From an uncultured Gammaproteobacteria bacterium (GTDB lineage Bacteria; Patescibacteriota; Patescibacteriia; Patescibacteriales; UBA12465), in assembly GCA_964473565.1 (NCBI GenBank), contig CAYYPI010000001.1:124935-188934 (forward strand): a DNA stretch of 64,000 bases, written 5' to 3'. A model generated the notes under the pieces. The model saw only the letters and a program-made list of their open reading frames with translations. It did no database searches and was not told where the DNA came from. The stretch's first letter is position 1. Every line of letters starts with the position of its first letter. The position numbers and the translations under genes are program-made. Shown here piece by piece: positions 26,604-37,313 of the stretch.

Positions 26604-26895
26604 ACTAAATACTTCTATTAATAATATTAATATTTATCTAAATATAGATAAGATTTTCATAAGAAAACGGAATAAGCTCCAGATTTTTAGGCTATAATCC
26701 CGTTTTTTTTGTTATTTTTATAGAAAAAAACCCTGAATTTTGTTGAAATAACGAGCAAATACTCTAAAAAACTTTAGCCCCATGCTTTAAGGCAGGTTTT
26801 ATAAAGTGAAATTATTAAGCTAACAATCAAATATTTTAGATACCTCAAGTAAGCTTGAGCAATTTTTATTTGTATAAATAAATTAGATAAAATAT

Positions 26896-29800
26896 ATGGC
26901 AGAAAACAAAACTTCCGTTAAAACGGAAACAAGCTCTAGACAATTTTTTACGGATTTCGTTGAGGCTATACCTATGCCTGAACTAATTGAAGTTCAAAAG
27001 GACTCATATGAATGGTTTCTTAAAGAAGGCTTAGTTGAGCTTTTTGATGAAATCTCTCCAGTAGTTGATTTTAGCGGTAGAGAACTGGAATTGTATTTTG
27101 AAGATTATTATTTGGATGAAGCTAAGTTCAATGAAGTTGAAAGTAGGCAAAAAAATATAACCTATGAAGCTCCGCTAAGAGTTAAAACTAGACTTTTAAA
27201 TAAAAAGACGAAGCAAGTGATAAACCAAGAAGTTTATCTGGGAGATTTTCCTTTAATGACAAATAATGGAACCTTTATTGTTAATGGTATTGAAAGGGTA
27301 GTGGTTTCACAGCTTATACGTAGCGCAGGAGTAATGTTTACCGCAGATTATATAAAAGGTAAAAAATGCTATGGTGCAAAAATTATTCCTAATCGTGGTG
27401 CTTGGTTAGAAATTGAAACTGATGCTAATAAAGTAATTTGGGTTAGAATTGATAGAAAGAGAAAAGTTGCCGTAACTTCACTCCTTAGAGCTTTTGGTTA
27501 TGAAACTGATGAAGAATTGATTAATCTTTTTAAGAATGTTGATTTAAAAAATGAAGGAGAAGAGAGTTCATACATTGAAGCAACTATTGCTAAAGACTTA
27601 GCTAAAAATGAAGCTGAAGGTTTGCAAGAAGTATATAAAAGAATTCGTCCAGGTGACTTAGCTGCTACTGATAATGCTCGTCAGCTTATTTATTCCATGT
27701 TTTTTAGATTTGATAGATATGATTTTGGTAGAGTTGGACGTTATAAGTTAAACAGACGTTTTGATTTGAATTTAGAAAATAATAAGGATAATAGAATTCT
27801 TAGAAAAGAAGATTTAATTTTAATAATTAAAGAAGTAATTAGACTAAACATCACTAAAGAACCTGAAGATGATATTGATCACTTAGGTAATCGTCGTATA
27901 CGCGCTATTGGTGGTTTAGTGCAAAATCGTTTTAGAGTAGGTTTAGCTCGTATGGAAAGAATTATTAAAGATAAAATGAGTACTACTGATTTAGGAGCAA
28001 TTAGTCCTACTAAATTAATTAATGCTCGTCCAGTTATTGGTGTGGTAAAAGAGTTTTTCATGTCTTCTCAGCTTTCACAATTCATGGATCAAACCAATCC
28101 TTTAGCTGAGTTAGAACATAAAAGGAGATTGTCTGCTATGGGTCCTGGAGGTCTAACTCGTGAAAGAGCTGGCTTTGATGTTAGAGACGTGCATGCTACT
28201 CACTATGGTAGAATTTGTCCAATTGCTACTCCAGAAGGTCCAAATATTGGTTTAGTTGGTCATTTGGCTAGTTATGCCAGATTAAATGTATATGGATTTT
28301 TAGAAACTCCTTATAGAAAAGTTAAGCATACTAAAACTGGTAGTTATATTACTGATGAAATAGTATACTTAGATGCTTTTTCAGAAGAAAAACATATCAC
28401 TGCTTCTAGTGTTATCCCTAATGATAGCAAGGGAAAAATTATGGTTGAAGAGTTTGAGGTAAGAAAGTATGGTAATCCTGCTAGAGCAGATGTAAAGGAT
28501 ATTGAATTTATTGGTGTAGCAGCTAATCAGATTATCTCTATTGCTACTTCTTTAATTCCCTTTACAGAACATAATGATGGTCAGAGATCACTGATGGGAA
28601 CAAACATGCAACGTCAGGCTACTCCTTTAATTAAGAGTGAATCTCCGATAGTGGGAACAGGAATAGAGAGAAGAGCAGCTATTGATTCTGGTCATGTTAT
28701 TTTAGCTGATGAGGCTGGAGTTATTACAAAAGCTGATTCAGGAACTATTGAATTAAAATCAAGTAAAGGAAAAACATATAAATATAATCTTAATAAGTTT
28801 TTACGTTCTAATTCTTCCACTTGTATTAATCAACATCCTTTAATTAGTGTTGGTGATAAGGTTAAGAAAGGACAAAGTCTTAGTGATGGTCCAGCTATTG
28901 ATAAAGATGAGTTAGCTTTGGGTAGAAATGTGCTAGTAGCCTTCATGACTTGGGAAGGGTATAACTATGAAGATGCTGTTATTATTTCAGAACGTTTAGT
29001 AAAAGATGATGTTTACAGTTCAATTCATATAGAAAATTATACTATTGATGTTAGAGACACAAAGCTAGGCCCAGAGGTTATTACTAATGATATACCAAAT
29101 ATTAGTGAAGAAAAATTAAAGAACCTAGATGAAGAAGGTATTATAAGAATTGGTGCTGAAGTTTCTTCAGGTGATATATTAGTTGGTAAGATTACACCTA
29201 AAGGTGAAACAACTCTTTCTGCAGAAGAAAAACTGCTGAGAGCTATTTTTGGTGAAAAAGCTAAAGATGTTAGAGATTCATCACTTTATTTAGAGCATGG
29301 TGAACATGGAAAAGTGGTGGATGTAAAAATATTTTCACGTGAAGAAGGAGATAAATTAGCAGCTGGTGTTTTAAAATCAATTCAAGTTTCAGTAGCTAAT
29401 CTTAGAAAGATACAAGTTGGAGATAAGATGTCAGGACGTCACGGTAATAAAGGTGTTATTTCTAAAATTGTTCCAGAAGAGGACATGCCTTATATGGAAG
29501 ATGGGACTCCTATTGATATTATTTTATCACCCCTTGGTATTATCTCTCGTATGAACTTGGGACAATTACTAGAGACTCACATGGGTTTTGCAGCGCAGAA
29601 GTTAGGTTATAAATGCGCTACCCCTACTTTAAATGGAATCACTGAAAAGCAAATTAAAGAAGAGCTTAAAAAAGCTGGTTTACCTGAAGCAGGTAAAGTC
29701 AATCTTTATGATGGAAAAACTGGTGAAACTTATGATAATAAAATTACAGTAGGATACAAATACATGTTGAAACTTAATCACATGGTTGAAGACAAGATTC

Positions 29801-30243
29801 ACCAACGTTCAATTGGTCCATACTCTCTTATCACACAACAGCCTTTAGGAGGTAAAGCACAATTTGGTGGTCAAAGATTTGGAGAAATGGAAGTTTGGGC
29901 TCTTGAAGGTTACGGAGCTTCTCATACCTTACAAGAAATGTTGACTATTAAATCTGATGACGTACCTGGCAGAAGTAAAGCCTATGAATCAATCATTAAA
30001 GGTGAAGAAATAGAGAAATTAAACGTTCCAGAGTCTTTTAATGTTTTGATTAGAGAGCTAAAAGGTTTAGGTTTAAATGTAGAACTCTTAGGTGGACAAG
30101 CAGATGTTGTTGACAGTGAAGAAGTTGAGGGAAATAAAGATATTAAAGAAGTAGAGGCGAGTCAAAAAGAGGAAAGCAAAGAAGAGGAAACTAAAAAAGA
30201 AGATGAAAAAGATTTAACAACTAAAGAAGAGGAAAACAAATAA
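26896..30243 (+). CDS. rpoB: DNA-directed RNA polymerase beta subunit, with an acidic/K-rich C-terminal tail
   Basis: 1115 aa with conserved blocks such as RRLSAMGPGGLTRERAGFDVRDVH, GRHGNKGVISKI and GGQRFGEMEVWALEGYGA. The last 50 aa or so are E/K-rich. Confidence 0.97.
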   Translation: MAENKTSVKTETSSRQFFTDFVEAIPMPELIEVQKDSYEWFLKEGLVELFDEISPVVDFSGRELELYFEDYYLDEAKFNEVESRQKNITYEAPLRVKTRLLNKKTKQVINQEVYLGDFPLMTNNGTFIVNGIERVVVSQLIRSAGVMFTADYIKGKKCYGAKIIPNRGAWLEIETDANKVIWVRIDRKRKVAVTSLLRAFGYETDEELINLFKNVDLKNEGEESSYIEATIAKDLAKNEAEGLQEVYKRIRPGDLAATDNARQLIYSMFFRFDRYDFGRVGRYKLNRRFDLNLENNKDNRILRKEDLILIIKEVIRLNITKEPEDDIDHLGNRRIRAIGGLVQNRFRVGLARMERIIKDKMSTTDLGAISPTKLINARPVIGVVKEFFMSSQLSQFMDQTNPLAELEHKRRLSAMGPGGLTRERAGFDVRDVHATHYGRICPIATPEGPNIGLVGHLASYARLNVYGFLETPYRKVKHTKTGSYITDEIVYLDAFSEEKHITASSVIPNDSKGKIMVEEFEVRKYGNPARADVKDIEFIGVAANQIISIATSLIPFTEHNDGQRSLMGTNMQRQATPLIKSESPIVGTGIERRAAIDSGHVILADEAGVITKADSGTIELKSSKGKTYKYNLNKFLRSNSSTCINQHPLISVGDKVKKGQSLSDGPAIDKDELALGRNVLVAFMTWEGYNYEDAVIISERLVKDDVYSSIHIENYTIDVRDTKLGPEVITNDIPNISEEKLKNLDEEGIIRIGAEVSSGDILVGKITPKGETTLSAEEKLLRAIFGEKAKDVRDSSLYLEHGEHGKVVDVKIFSREEGDKLAAGVLKSIQVSVANLRKIQVGDKMSGRHGNKGVISKIVPEEDMPYMEDGTPIDIILSPLGIISRMNLGQLLETHMGFAAQKLGYKCATPTLNGITEKQIKEELKKAGLPEAGKVNLYDGKTGETYDNKITVGYKYMLKLNHMVEDKIHQRSIGPYSLITQQPLGGKAQFGGQRFGEMEVWALEGYGASHTLQEMLTIKSDDVPGRSKAYESIIKGEEIEKLNVPESFNVLIRELKGLGLNVELLGGQADVVDSEEVEGNKDIKEVEASQKEESKEEETKKEDEKDLTTKEEENK

Positions 30244-30275
30244 GTTATTAATTAAATTTCATTATATATAATACT

Positions 30276-33200
30276 ATGTTAAATCCAATAAAAACTAGCG
30301 ACTTTGACGCCATTAGGCTCAAAATAGCTTCACCGGAACAGATTCTTGATTGGTCTCATGGAGAAGTTATTCGTCCTGAAACAATTAATTACAGAACACA
30401 AAAACCTGAAAAAGATGGGCTCTTTTGTGAAAAAATATTTGGTCCCACTAAAGACTGGGAATGTGCTTGTGGAAAGTATAAGAAAATAAGATATAAAGGT
30501 ATTGTTTGTGATAAGTGTGGAGTAGAGGTTACCCGTAGTGTTATTAGACGTGAACGTATGGGTCATATTAGCTTGCAAATTCCAGTAAGTCATATCTGGT
30601 TCTTAAGAGGTATTTCTTCTAAAATTGGTTTGATATTAAATATCACAATGCAATCTTTAGAAAAAGTTATTTACTTTGCTAGCTTTATTATAACCAATGT
30701 TGATGAGGATTTAAGACTTGCCACAATTGAACAAGTAAAAACTGAATTTAAAAACAAGAAGAAAAGCATTGAAAATGAATATCAACAAAAAATAAAAGCA
30801 GCTAAAAAGAATGAGGAAGAAGGTAAAGACAAGGACAAAGAAATGGCAGATTCTAAGGCTCTTGAAAGTGAGAAAGAGGAAAGAGTAGAAGAATTAACAG
30901 AGAATTTTGACAAAACTATTAAAGAGTTGAAGGACTTAAAACCACTGCAAGTAGTTTCTGAGAGTGTTTATCAAAGCATGAGTTTAAAGTTTGGTCATTT
31001 GTTTGAAGCTGGAATAGGTGCTGAAGCTATTAGAGGTCTTCTAGAAAGAGTTGACATGGAAAAAACTATTGCCGAGCTGGAAGAAGATTTAAAGAAGGCT
31101 GTAGAGTCAAGAAAAGATAAGTTAATTAAAAGATTAAGACTACTTAAAAGTTTAAATAATAATAATATTCGCCCCGAATGGATGATTATGAATGTCTTGC
31201 CAGTTATACCACCAGATTTAAGACCAATGGTAGCTTTAGATGGTGGACGTTTTGCTGCTTCTGATTTGAATGATTTATACAGAAGGGTAATTAATAGGAA
31301 TAATCGTCTAAAACAACTTATTGAATTAAATGCACCTGAGGTGATTTGTAGAAATGAAAAGAGGATGCTACAAGAAGCTGTTGATGCTTTAATTGATAAC
31401 TCAGCTAGACACGCTAAAACCGTCACTGCCTCTACTGGTCAAAAAAGACAACTTAAGTCTTTGGCTGACTCATTAAAAGGTAAGCAAGGACGTTTTCGTC
31501 AAAACTTACTTGGTAAACGTGTAGATTATTCTGGACGTAGTGTAATTGTAGTTAATCCTAAACTTGATTTAAGTGAATGTGGTCTTCCTAAAAGTATGGC
31601 TTTAGAGCTGTTTAAACCTTTTATTATTAGCAAACTTATTAAACAGGAAATAGTGCATAATGTAAGAAGTGCTTCTCGATATATTGAGGCTGGCCATGAA
31701 GACGTTTGGGATATTTTAGAAGAAATAGTTAAAGAAGCTTATGTAATGTTAAATCGTGCTCCTACCTTACACAGACTAGGTATTCAAGCTTTTAAACCTG
31801 TGCTTATTGAAGGTAAAGCTATTCAAATTCATCCTTTAGTTTGTGGCGCTTTTAATGCTGACTTTGATGGAGATCAGATGGCTGTGCATGTTCCTTTAAC
31901 TAAAGAGGCAGTAGCTGAAGCTAGAGATTTAATGTTATCAACTCACAACTTACTTAAACCTGCTACTGGTGATCCTATTGTAGCCCCTAATCAAGATATT
32001 ATTTGGGGAGCATATTATATTACTTTGGAAGATAAAGACACAGCCTTAAAAGAGGATAATGAGCTTAGAGCTTTTTCTTCTCAAGCAGAAGCTAAATTAG
32101 CTTATGACAATGAGCTTATTAGTTTAAACGAAACAGTGATTATTAGAATTAATGGAGAAAGAAAAAGAACTACAGTTGGACGTTCTATATTTAATGAAAT
32201 TTTACCAGAAAAACTTCGCTATATTAATGAAGTAGTTACTAAAGGTAAAGTAAAGAATTTAATTAAAGAATGTTTATATCTCTATGGTGAAGATGAAACT
32301 GTAAAATTTATTGATGATTTAAAGAATAAGAGTTTGAAATATATTACTAAATCAGGTTTATCTTGGGGCTTTGGTGACCTTCCTTATTATGAAGAAAAAG
32401 ATGCCTTAATTGAAAATGCTAGTAAGAAAGTTGACATGATTCAAGAGCAATTTGATGAAGGTCTTCTAACTGAAACAGAAAGATATTCTAAGGTTATTGA
32501 AACTTGGACTCAAATTAAAGATCAAATTTCTGAAATTACACAAGAAGGTTTAAAGGATATTTTACCAGTATTCTCTATGATTGAATCAGGGGCTAGAGGT
32601 TCTTGGGCTCAACCAGTTCAGATTTTAGGTATGAAAGGTTTGGTAACCTCACCATCTGGATCTATTATCGAATTGCCTGTAAAGGGAAACTTTAAGAAAG
32701 GTTTTAGTGTATTAGAATATTTCATTTCTACTCACGGTGTACGTAAAGGTTTATCTGATATTGCCCTTAGAACCGCTAACGCAGGTTACCTAACTAGAAG
32801 ATTAGTGGATGTAGCTCAAGATATTATTGTTACCACCGATGATTGTAAAGATGATGTTGGTATTAAATACACTCAAGAAGAAAGTGAGAAAATTGGTACA
32901 GATGTTAAAAAGAGAGTAATTGGACGTTACCTAGCACATGATTTAAAGGATGATAAAGGTAAAGTTATCTTTAAGAAAGGTGAGCTTATGGATGAAGAGC
33001 ACATGAAGAAACTGGAAGGAAAGAATATTGATGAAGTTGTTATTCGTTCAGTGCTAAGTTGTAAGGTTCCAAAAGGTGTATGTAGTAAGTGTTATGGTTA
33101 TGACCTATCCTTTAATAAACCAGTTAATAAAGGAGCTACTGTTGGTATTGTGGCAGCACAATCAATTGGTGAGCCTGGAACACAGTTAACAATGAGAACC

Positions 33201-34211
33201 TTCCATAGTGGTGGTGTAGCTAGTCAAGAGGATATCACCCAAGGTTTACCACGTGTTGAGGAGATTTTTGAAAGTAGACCACCTAAGAAAAAAGGTATTT
33301 TAGTAGAAAACGATGGTAAGATAAAAATTGAAATGGCTAAAAAAACTATTAAAGATAAAGATGGTAAAGATATTTTAGTTGATAACCCTCAAGCCAAAGT
33401 AGTTAGCTTAACCTATAAAGGGACTACTAGCGATAAATATTACTTTAGTGAAGCTATCAATGAACATAAATTAGAAAGTGGAAAAACTGGTAAAAAGAAA
33501 ATTGAGCCAAAAGTAAAAGTTAAAGATGGAGACAAGGTAAATAAAGGTGAAGAACTTTTCAGCATTGAGGGTAAGCCAGTAAACGCTAAAGCTAAAGGAG
33601 ATGTGCATATTACTCAAAAATATGTTTCAGTTCTAAGAGAGGTAAATAAAACTAAAGAATATGCTATACCCAGAGGAACAACTATCATGGTTAAAGATGG
33701 TGATGAAGTAAAAAGAGGTGATCAGTTAACAGAAGGTAGTCTAGACTTAAGAGAGCTAACAAGACTTAGAAATAAGTTGGAAGCACAAAAATATATTATT
33801 AGAGAAATTCAATATGTATATTCTTCTCAAGGTCAACCTTTAAATGATAAGCATATTGAAATTATTGCTAAACAAATGTTCTCTAGACATATGATTATTG
33901 AATCTGGTGACACTAATCTATTACCAGGAGAAGTTATTGAAGAGAATGTGTTAGTGCAAGCTAATAAAGATGCTAAAAAACCAGCTAAGACAGAAAGATT
34001 ACTACTTGGTATTACTAAGTCATCACTTAGCACTGATAGTTTCTTATCTGCAGCTTCATTCCAAGAAACTCCTAGAGTTTTAATTGAAGCCGCTATTAAT
34101 GGTAAGATTGATTATCTAGAAGGATTAAAAGAAAATGTTATTATTGGTCGTTTGATTCCAGCTGGAACTGGTTATACCGGAAAAAAGAAAAGAGATGTAT
34201 ATGAAAAATAG
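30276..34211 (+). CDS. rpoC: DNA-directed RNA polymerase beta' subunit
   Basis: 1311 aa with a zinc-binding CACGKY...CDKCGVEV and the catalytic NADFDGDQMAVH. Confidence 0.97.
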   Translation: MLNPIKTSDFDAIRLKIASPEQILDWSHGEVIRPETINYRTQKPEKDGLFCEKIFGPTKDWECACGKYKKIRYKGIVCDKCGVEVTRSVIRRERMGHISLQIPVSHIWFLRGISSKIGLILNITMQSLEKVIYFASFIITNVDEDLRLATIEQVKTEFKNKKKSIENEYQQKIKAAKKNEEEGKDKDKEMADSKALESEKEERVEELTENFDKTIKELKDLKPLQVVSESVYQSMSLKFGHLFEAGIGAEAIRGLLERVDMEKTIAELEEDLKKAVESRKDKLIKRLRLLKSLNNNNIRPEWMIMNVLPVIPPDLRPMVALDGGRFAASDLNDLYRRVINRNNRLKQLIELNAPEVICRNEKRMLQEAVDALIDNSARHAKTVTASTGQKRQLKSLADSLKGKQGRFRQNLLGKRVDYSGRSVIVVNPKLDLSECGLPKSMALELFKPFIISKLIKQEIVHNVRSASRYIEAGHEDVWDILEEIVKEAYVMLNRAPTLHRLGIQAFKPVLIEGKAIQIHPLVCGAFNADFDGDQMAVHVPLTKEAVAEARDLMLSTHNLLKPATGDPIVAPNQDIIWGAYYITLEDKDTALKEDNELRAFSSQAEAKLAYDNELISLNETVIIRINGERKRTTVGRSIFNEILPEKLRYINEVVTKGKVKNLIKECLYLYGEDETVKFIDDLKNKSLKYITKSGLSWGFGDLPYYEEKDALIENASKKVDMIQEQFDEGLLTETERYSKVIETWTQIKDQISEITQEGLKDILPVFSMIESGARGSWAQPVQILGMKGLVTSPSGSIIELPVKGNFKKGFSVLEYFISTHGVRKGLSDIALRTANAGYLTRRLVDVAQDIIVTTDDCKDDVGIKYTQEESEKIGTDVKKRVIGRYLAHDLKDDKGKVIFKKGELMDEEHMKKLEGKNIDEVVIRSVLSCKVPKGVCSKCYGYDLSFNKPVNKGATVGIVAAQSIGEPGTQLTMRTFHSGGVASQEDITQGLPRVEEIFESRPPKKKGILVENDGKIKIEMAKKTIKDKDGKDILVDNPQAKVVSLTYKGTTSDKYYFSEAINEHKLESGKTGKKKIEPKVKVKDGDKVNKGEELFSIEGKPVNAKAKGDVHITQKYVSVLREVNKTKEYAIPRGTTIMVKDGDEVKRGDQLTEGSLDLRELTRLRNKLEAQKYIIREIQYVYSSQGQPLNDKHIEIIAKQMFSRHMIIESGDTNLLPGEVIEENVLVQANKDAKKPAKTERLLLGITKSSLSTDSFLSAASFQETPRVLIEAAINGKIDYLEGLKENVIIGRLIPAGTGYTGKKKRDVYEK

Positions 34212-34234
34212 AGAGTAAATAAAGATATTAGATA

Positions 34235-34266
34235 AAGAGACCTTCTTTGAGGGTCTCTTTTTGTTT
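34235..34266 (+). terminator. Rho-independent terminator after rpoC
   Basis: An 8-bp stem AAGAGACC/GGTCTCTT is followed by TTTTTGTTT, starting 24 nt after the rpoC stop. Confidence 0.75.
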
Positions 34267-34346
34267 GCATAAATATATGAAAGTGCATATAATAAAAATA
34301 AATAAAGATAGAAATGTAAATTTTAATAAATTTAATCATTTTCTAT

Positions 34347-34562
34347 ATGATGAACTTTAATTTTATTCCTTTTGCATGGATTATTATGATCCTTTTTTGG
34401 GTACTTATAATAATTGGAATACTTGCATTAATAAAATGGGCGCTAGATCAAACTAGGGTTGAAAATAGAAATACATCTGCTTTAGATGTTTTAAAGAAAA
34501 GGTACGCAAAGGGGGAGATTGATAAAGAGGAATTTGAAAATAAAAAGAAAGATTTAAGTTAA
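34347..34562 (+). CDS. Small membrane protein with a C-terminal SHOCT-like domain
   Basis: 71 aa with one TM helix, then [22 protein letters not shown] (the SHOCT signature). Confidence 0.7.
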   Translation: MMNFNFIPFAWIIMILFWVLIIIGILALIKWALDQTRVENRNTSALDVLKKRYAKGEIDKEEFENKKKDLS

Positions 34563-34576
34563 AAAGTAAAATAAAG

Positions 34577-34605
34577 ATCATTCCTAAGGGAATGATTTTT
34601 ATTTT
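34577..34605 (+). terminator. Rho-independent terminator after the SHOCT gene
   Basis: An 8-bp stem ATCATTCC/GGAATGAT with a 4-nt loop, followed by TTTTATTTT. Confidence 0.7.
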
Positions 34606-34637
34606 ATCTTTTATCTTTTCTGATATATAATATTAAT

Positions 34638-36077
34638 ATGAAAAATAATTTTAGAATAAAAATTAGGATATTTTTAATAATTGTTTGGGCCCTAGCTCTA
34701 ACATTTTTTCTTATTAAATTACTTGTACCTAGTGGAGTAATTACCTATTCATCAGACTTTTCTAAAAGAACTGGTTTTATATATAATCTCACCCCTCAAG
34801 AAAGAATTAATGATTTAGGTGATAAGGTTAAAATAACTGCTGACCCTGTTTATTTCTCTTTGCATTATCCAAGACAATTTCAAAAAGCTAAAGTGAGATT
34901 AAAATATAAATGGGAAAATACAGATAAACAAATTTTAGAAATGGGCTTTTTAGCAGATAAGGATTTATGGCAATATTATTTAGAACCTTTAGAAAATACT
35001 ATTTTAGAAAGAGCAATAGATACTTGGCATGTTTCTGAGTACAATAATCTTATCTTTTTACAGAAAAATAAAAACTTTAATACTTTAAATGATTTTTTGC
35101 AAAGTAATTTTTCTAGAAATAATACTGCAGTCTATAATATTAAAACTCAGGATTTAAATATAGCAGAATTTAAATTAACACAAGATGAAGTAGAAGATAT
35201 AGAAGCATATACTATAGAACAAGATCTAATTGGGCACCACCAATTCTATATGTATCATCCAGGTAATGACTTAAGTGTAAACATAGAGGTACAAGACCTT
35301 AACCAAAATGACACAGAGGATAAAATAGAGATGACTATATTTTATCAAGATCAAGTTATTGCCAAAGAATTTTTAGATAGTATTGTAAGTTTAGAATCTA
35401 AAGAAATATCAGAACTAAGAAATTTAAACTTAAAATCAAATGACTTAAGTGAAGGTTTGTATAAGGTACAAATAAAAGCTAGTGATGATGTGGTAATTAA
35501 GCAAATAAAGACAAATTCTAATAGTTTAGTGTTTATAAACAAAGTGCATTTAGGAGAAATAGATGGAGATTTAAAGATGTACACTGATAGCAGTGACTTA
35601 AAAGCTCTTACAAGTAATCCCGCTAGTTTGCAAAACATCTCTTTTATGGGTGCTAGCTTTAAAATTGAGGATACATATAAACAGCATTACTTTCAAAGTG
35701 ATATTAATAGCAAAAATACTTGGAATGAGATTAATATACAGAAAGGAAATTTAGAGCTTGCTAGTAGTGGCATGTTTAGCTTTAATGAAAAACTTAATTT
35801 TAATCCTGAAATGATAGATTTAGATGATAGTACTGATTTAGCTGATCTTGATTATATTATTGCAGATTATGAAGCAGTTAAAAAAGAAGGAGAGTGGAAA
35901 ATAGCTACTGCTAACTTTGATCTTAGTCATGCTTATAGTGAGGATGATAAATACAGTTTTATGTTTTCACTTCCTAATTTTTCATATAAAGAAAATTCAG
36001 CTTTAGTTATAGATTCTATAAATATAACTTTAGAGGGTAAAAATTTATGGCAGAAGATAAAAGAAATAATAAAATAG
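34638..36077 (+). CDS. N-terminally anchored extracytoplasmic protein, unknown function
   Basis: 479 aa with a single N-terminal TM (IFLIIVWALALTFFLIKLLV). I recognise no motif in the rest. Confidence 0.6.
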   Translation: MKNNFRIKIRIFLIIVWALALTFFLIKLLVPSGVITYSSDFSKRTGFIYNLTPQERINDLGDKVKITADPVYFSLHYPRQFQKAKVRLKYKWENTDKQILEMGFLADKDLWQYYLEPLENTILERAIDTWHVSEYNNLIFLQKNKNFNTLNDFLQSNFSRNNTAVYNIKTQDLNIAEFKLTQDEVEDIEAYTIEQDLIGHHQFYMYHPGNDLSVNIEVQDLNQNDTEDKIEMTIFYQDQVIAKEFLDSIVSLESKEISELRNLNLKSNDLSEGLYKVQIKASDDVVIKQIKTNSNSLVFINKVHLGEIDGDLKMYTDSSDLKALTSNPASLQNISFMGASFKIEDTYKQHYFQSDINSKNTWNEINIQKGNLELASSGMFSFNEKLNFNPEMIDLDDSTDLADLDYIIADYEAVKKEGEWKIATANFDLSHAYSEDDKYSFMFSLPNFSYKENSALVIDSINITLEGKNLWQKIKEIIK

Positions 36078-36247
36078 TTGTAGTTTTAGAAGAAAGTTTT
36101 AAAATCTTAGGACTAGCTTTACTTAGCTTTATAGTACTGGAAATGATTAAAGCAAGGGTGGTTTTAGCTTATCTAAACCTTAATTTTCTATTGCTTCTTT
36201 GGCTGGCAATTGGTATATTGGTATTAGTATTAATAAGGAAAAAATAA
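36047..36247 (+). CDS. Possible small two-TM membrane protein
   Basis: 66 aa, hydrophobic. It overlaps the previous gene by 31 nt and ends just before the SPFH gene. Coding status is uncertain. Confidence 0.35.
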   Translation: MAEDKRNNKIVVVLEESFKILGLALLSFIVLEMIKARVVLAYLNLNFLLLLWLAIGILVLVLIRKK

Positions 36248-36252
36248 ATAAT

Positions 36253-37302
36253 ATGGATATTTTTAACAAAAGAAACCTGTGGTTTGCAGTTATATTATAT
36301 TTTTTTCTTAGTAGTATAGCTGGAAAAGCATTAAGTGGCGTTTTAACTTTATTACTTTTAATATATGTTGTTTTATACATATTAAAAGCTAATAATAAAT
36401 TAAACTTAAATATATTTAAAATAAATAAAAATAAAAATATGGATACAATTGATGTCAATAAGCAAGAAGATATAAAAAGAATAAAGAAGTTTATTGGTTT
36501 AGGTGTAGCAGTTTTAGTAGTTTTGTGGTTATTTTTCTCTTCAATAGTTATAGTTGAGGCTGGTGAAACAGGTGTCTATCATTTATTTGGTAAAGTTAGA
36601 GATAAGGAAGTATCTTCCGGTTTTCACCTTATCAACCCACTAGCCAAGGTAACTACTATGACAATTAGAACTCAAGATTATACTATGAGTTTTACTGGAG
36701 ATGAGGGTAATAAAAAGGGAGTTGACTCTATTTCTGCATTAACTAAAGAAGGTCTAGAAGTAGACTTAGACATTACCGTGCTTTATCGTCTAGAAGAGTC
36801 TAAAGCTTCAGATATCTATAAAGAAGTGGGTCTAAATTACGAGGGGAAAATTATTCGCCCTGTAATTAGAAGTACTATTCGTGAAGTTATTGCTACTTAT
36901 AATTCTAAAGATATTTATAGTGAAAAAAGAGAACAGGCTACAGTTAGTATTTATGAAGATTTAAATACTTTATTAGAAGACAGGGGGATTATTACTGAAG
37001 AAGTTTTACTTAGAAACGTAAAATTACCAACAAATCTAGCTAACAGTATTCAAGAGAAATTGCAGGCTGAGCAAGAGTCACAAAAATATGAATTTATTTT
37101 GCAAAAAGAGGAAAAAGAAAAAGAAAGAAAGTTAATTGAGGCTGAAGGGCAAAGAGATGCTCAAGCAATCATTAACGAAAGCCTAAGTCCAAATTATCTA
37201 TACTATCTTTATATTAAAGAATTGAAAGACAGGGAAGGCACTATTTATGTGCCAGTTAGTCCTGAGAGCGGCATGCCTATGTTTAGGGGTATAGATGGTT
37301 AA
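36253..37302 (+). CDS. SPFH/band-7 (prohibitin/HflKC-like) membrane protein
   Basis: VIVEAGETGVYHLFGKV, ALTKEGLEVDLDITVLYRL, and the coiled-coil LQAEQESQKYEFILQKEEKEKERKLIEAEGQRDAQ. The start is ambiguous between 36199, 36253 and 36439. Confidence 0.8.
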   Translation: MDIFNKRNLWFAVILYFFLSSIAGKALSGVLTLLLLIYVVLYILKANNKLNLNIFKINKNKNMDTIDVNKQEDIKRIKKFIGLGVAVLVVLWLFFSSIVIVEAGETGVYHLFGKVRDKEVSSGFHLINPLAKVTTMTIRTQDYTMSFTGDEGNKKGVDSISALTKEGLEVDLDITVLYRLEESKASDIYKEVGLNYEGKIIRPVIRSTIREVIATYNSKDIYSEKREQATVSIYEDLNTLLEDRGIITEEVLLRNVKLPTNLANSIQEKLQAEQESQKYEFILQKEEKEKERKLIEAEGQRDAQAIINESLSPNYLYYLYIKELKDREGTIYVPVSPESGMPMFRGIDG

Positions 37303-37313
37303 ATAAATATAAC

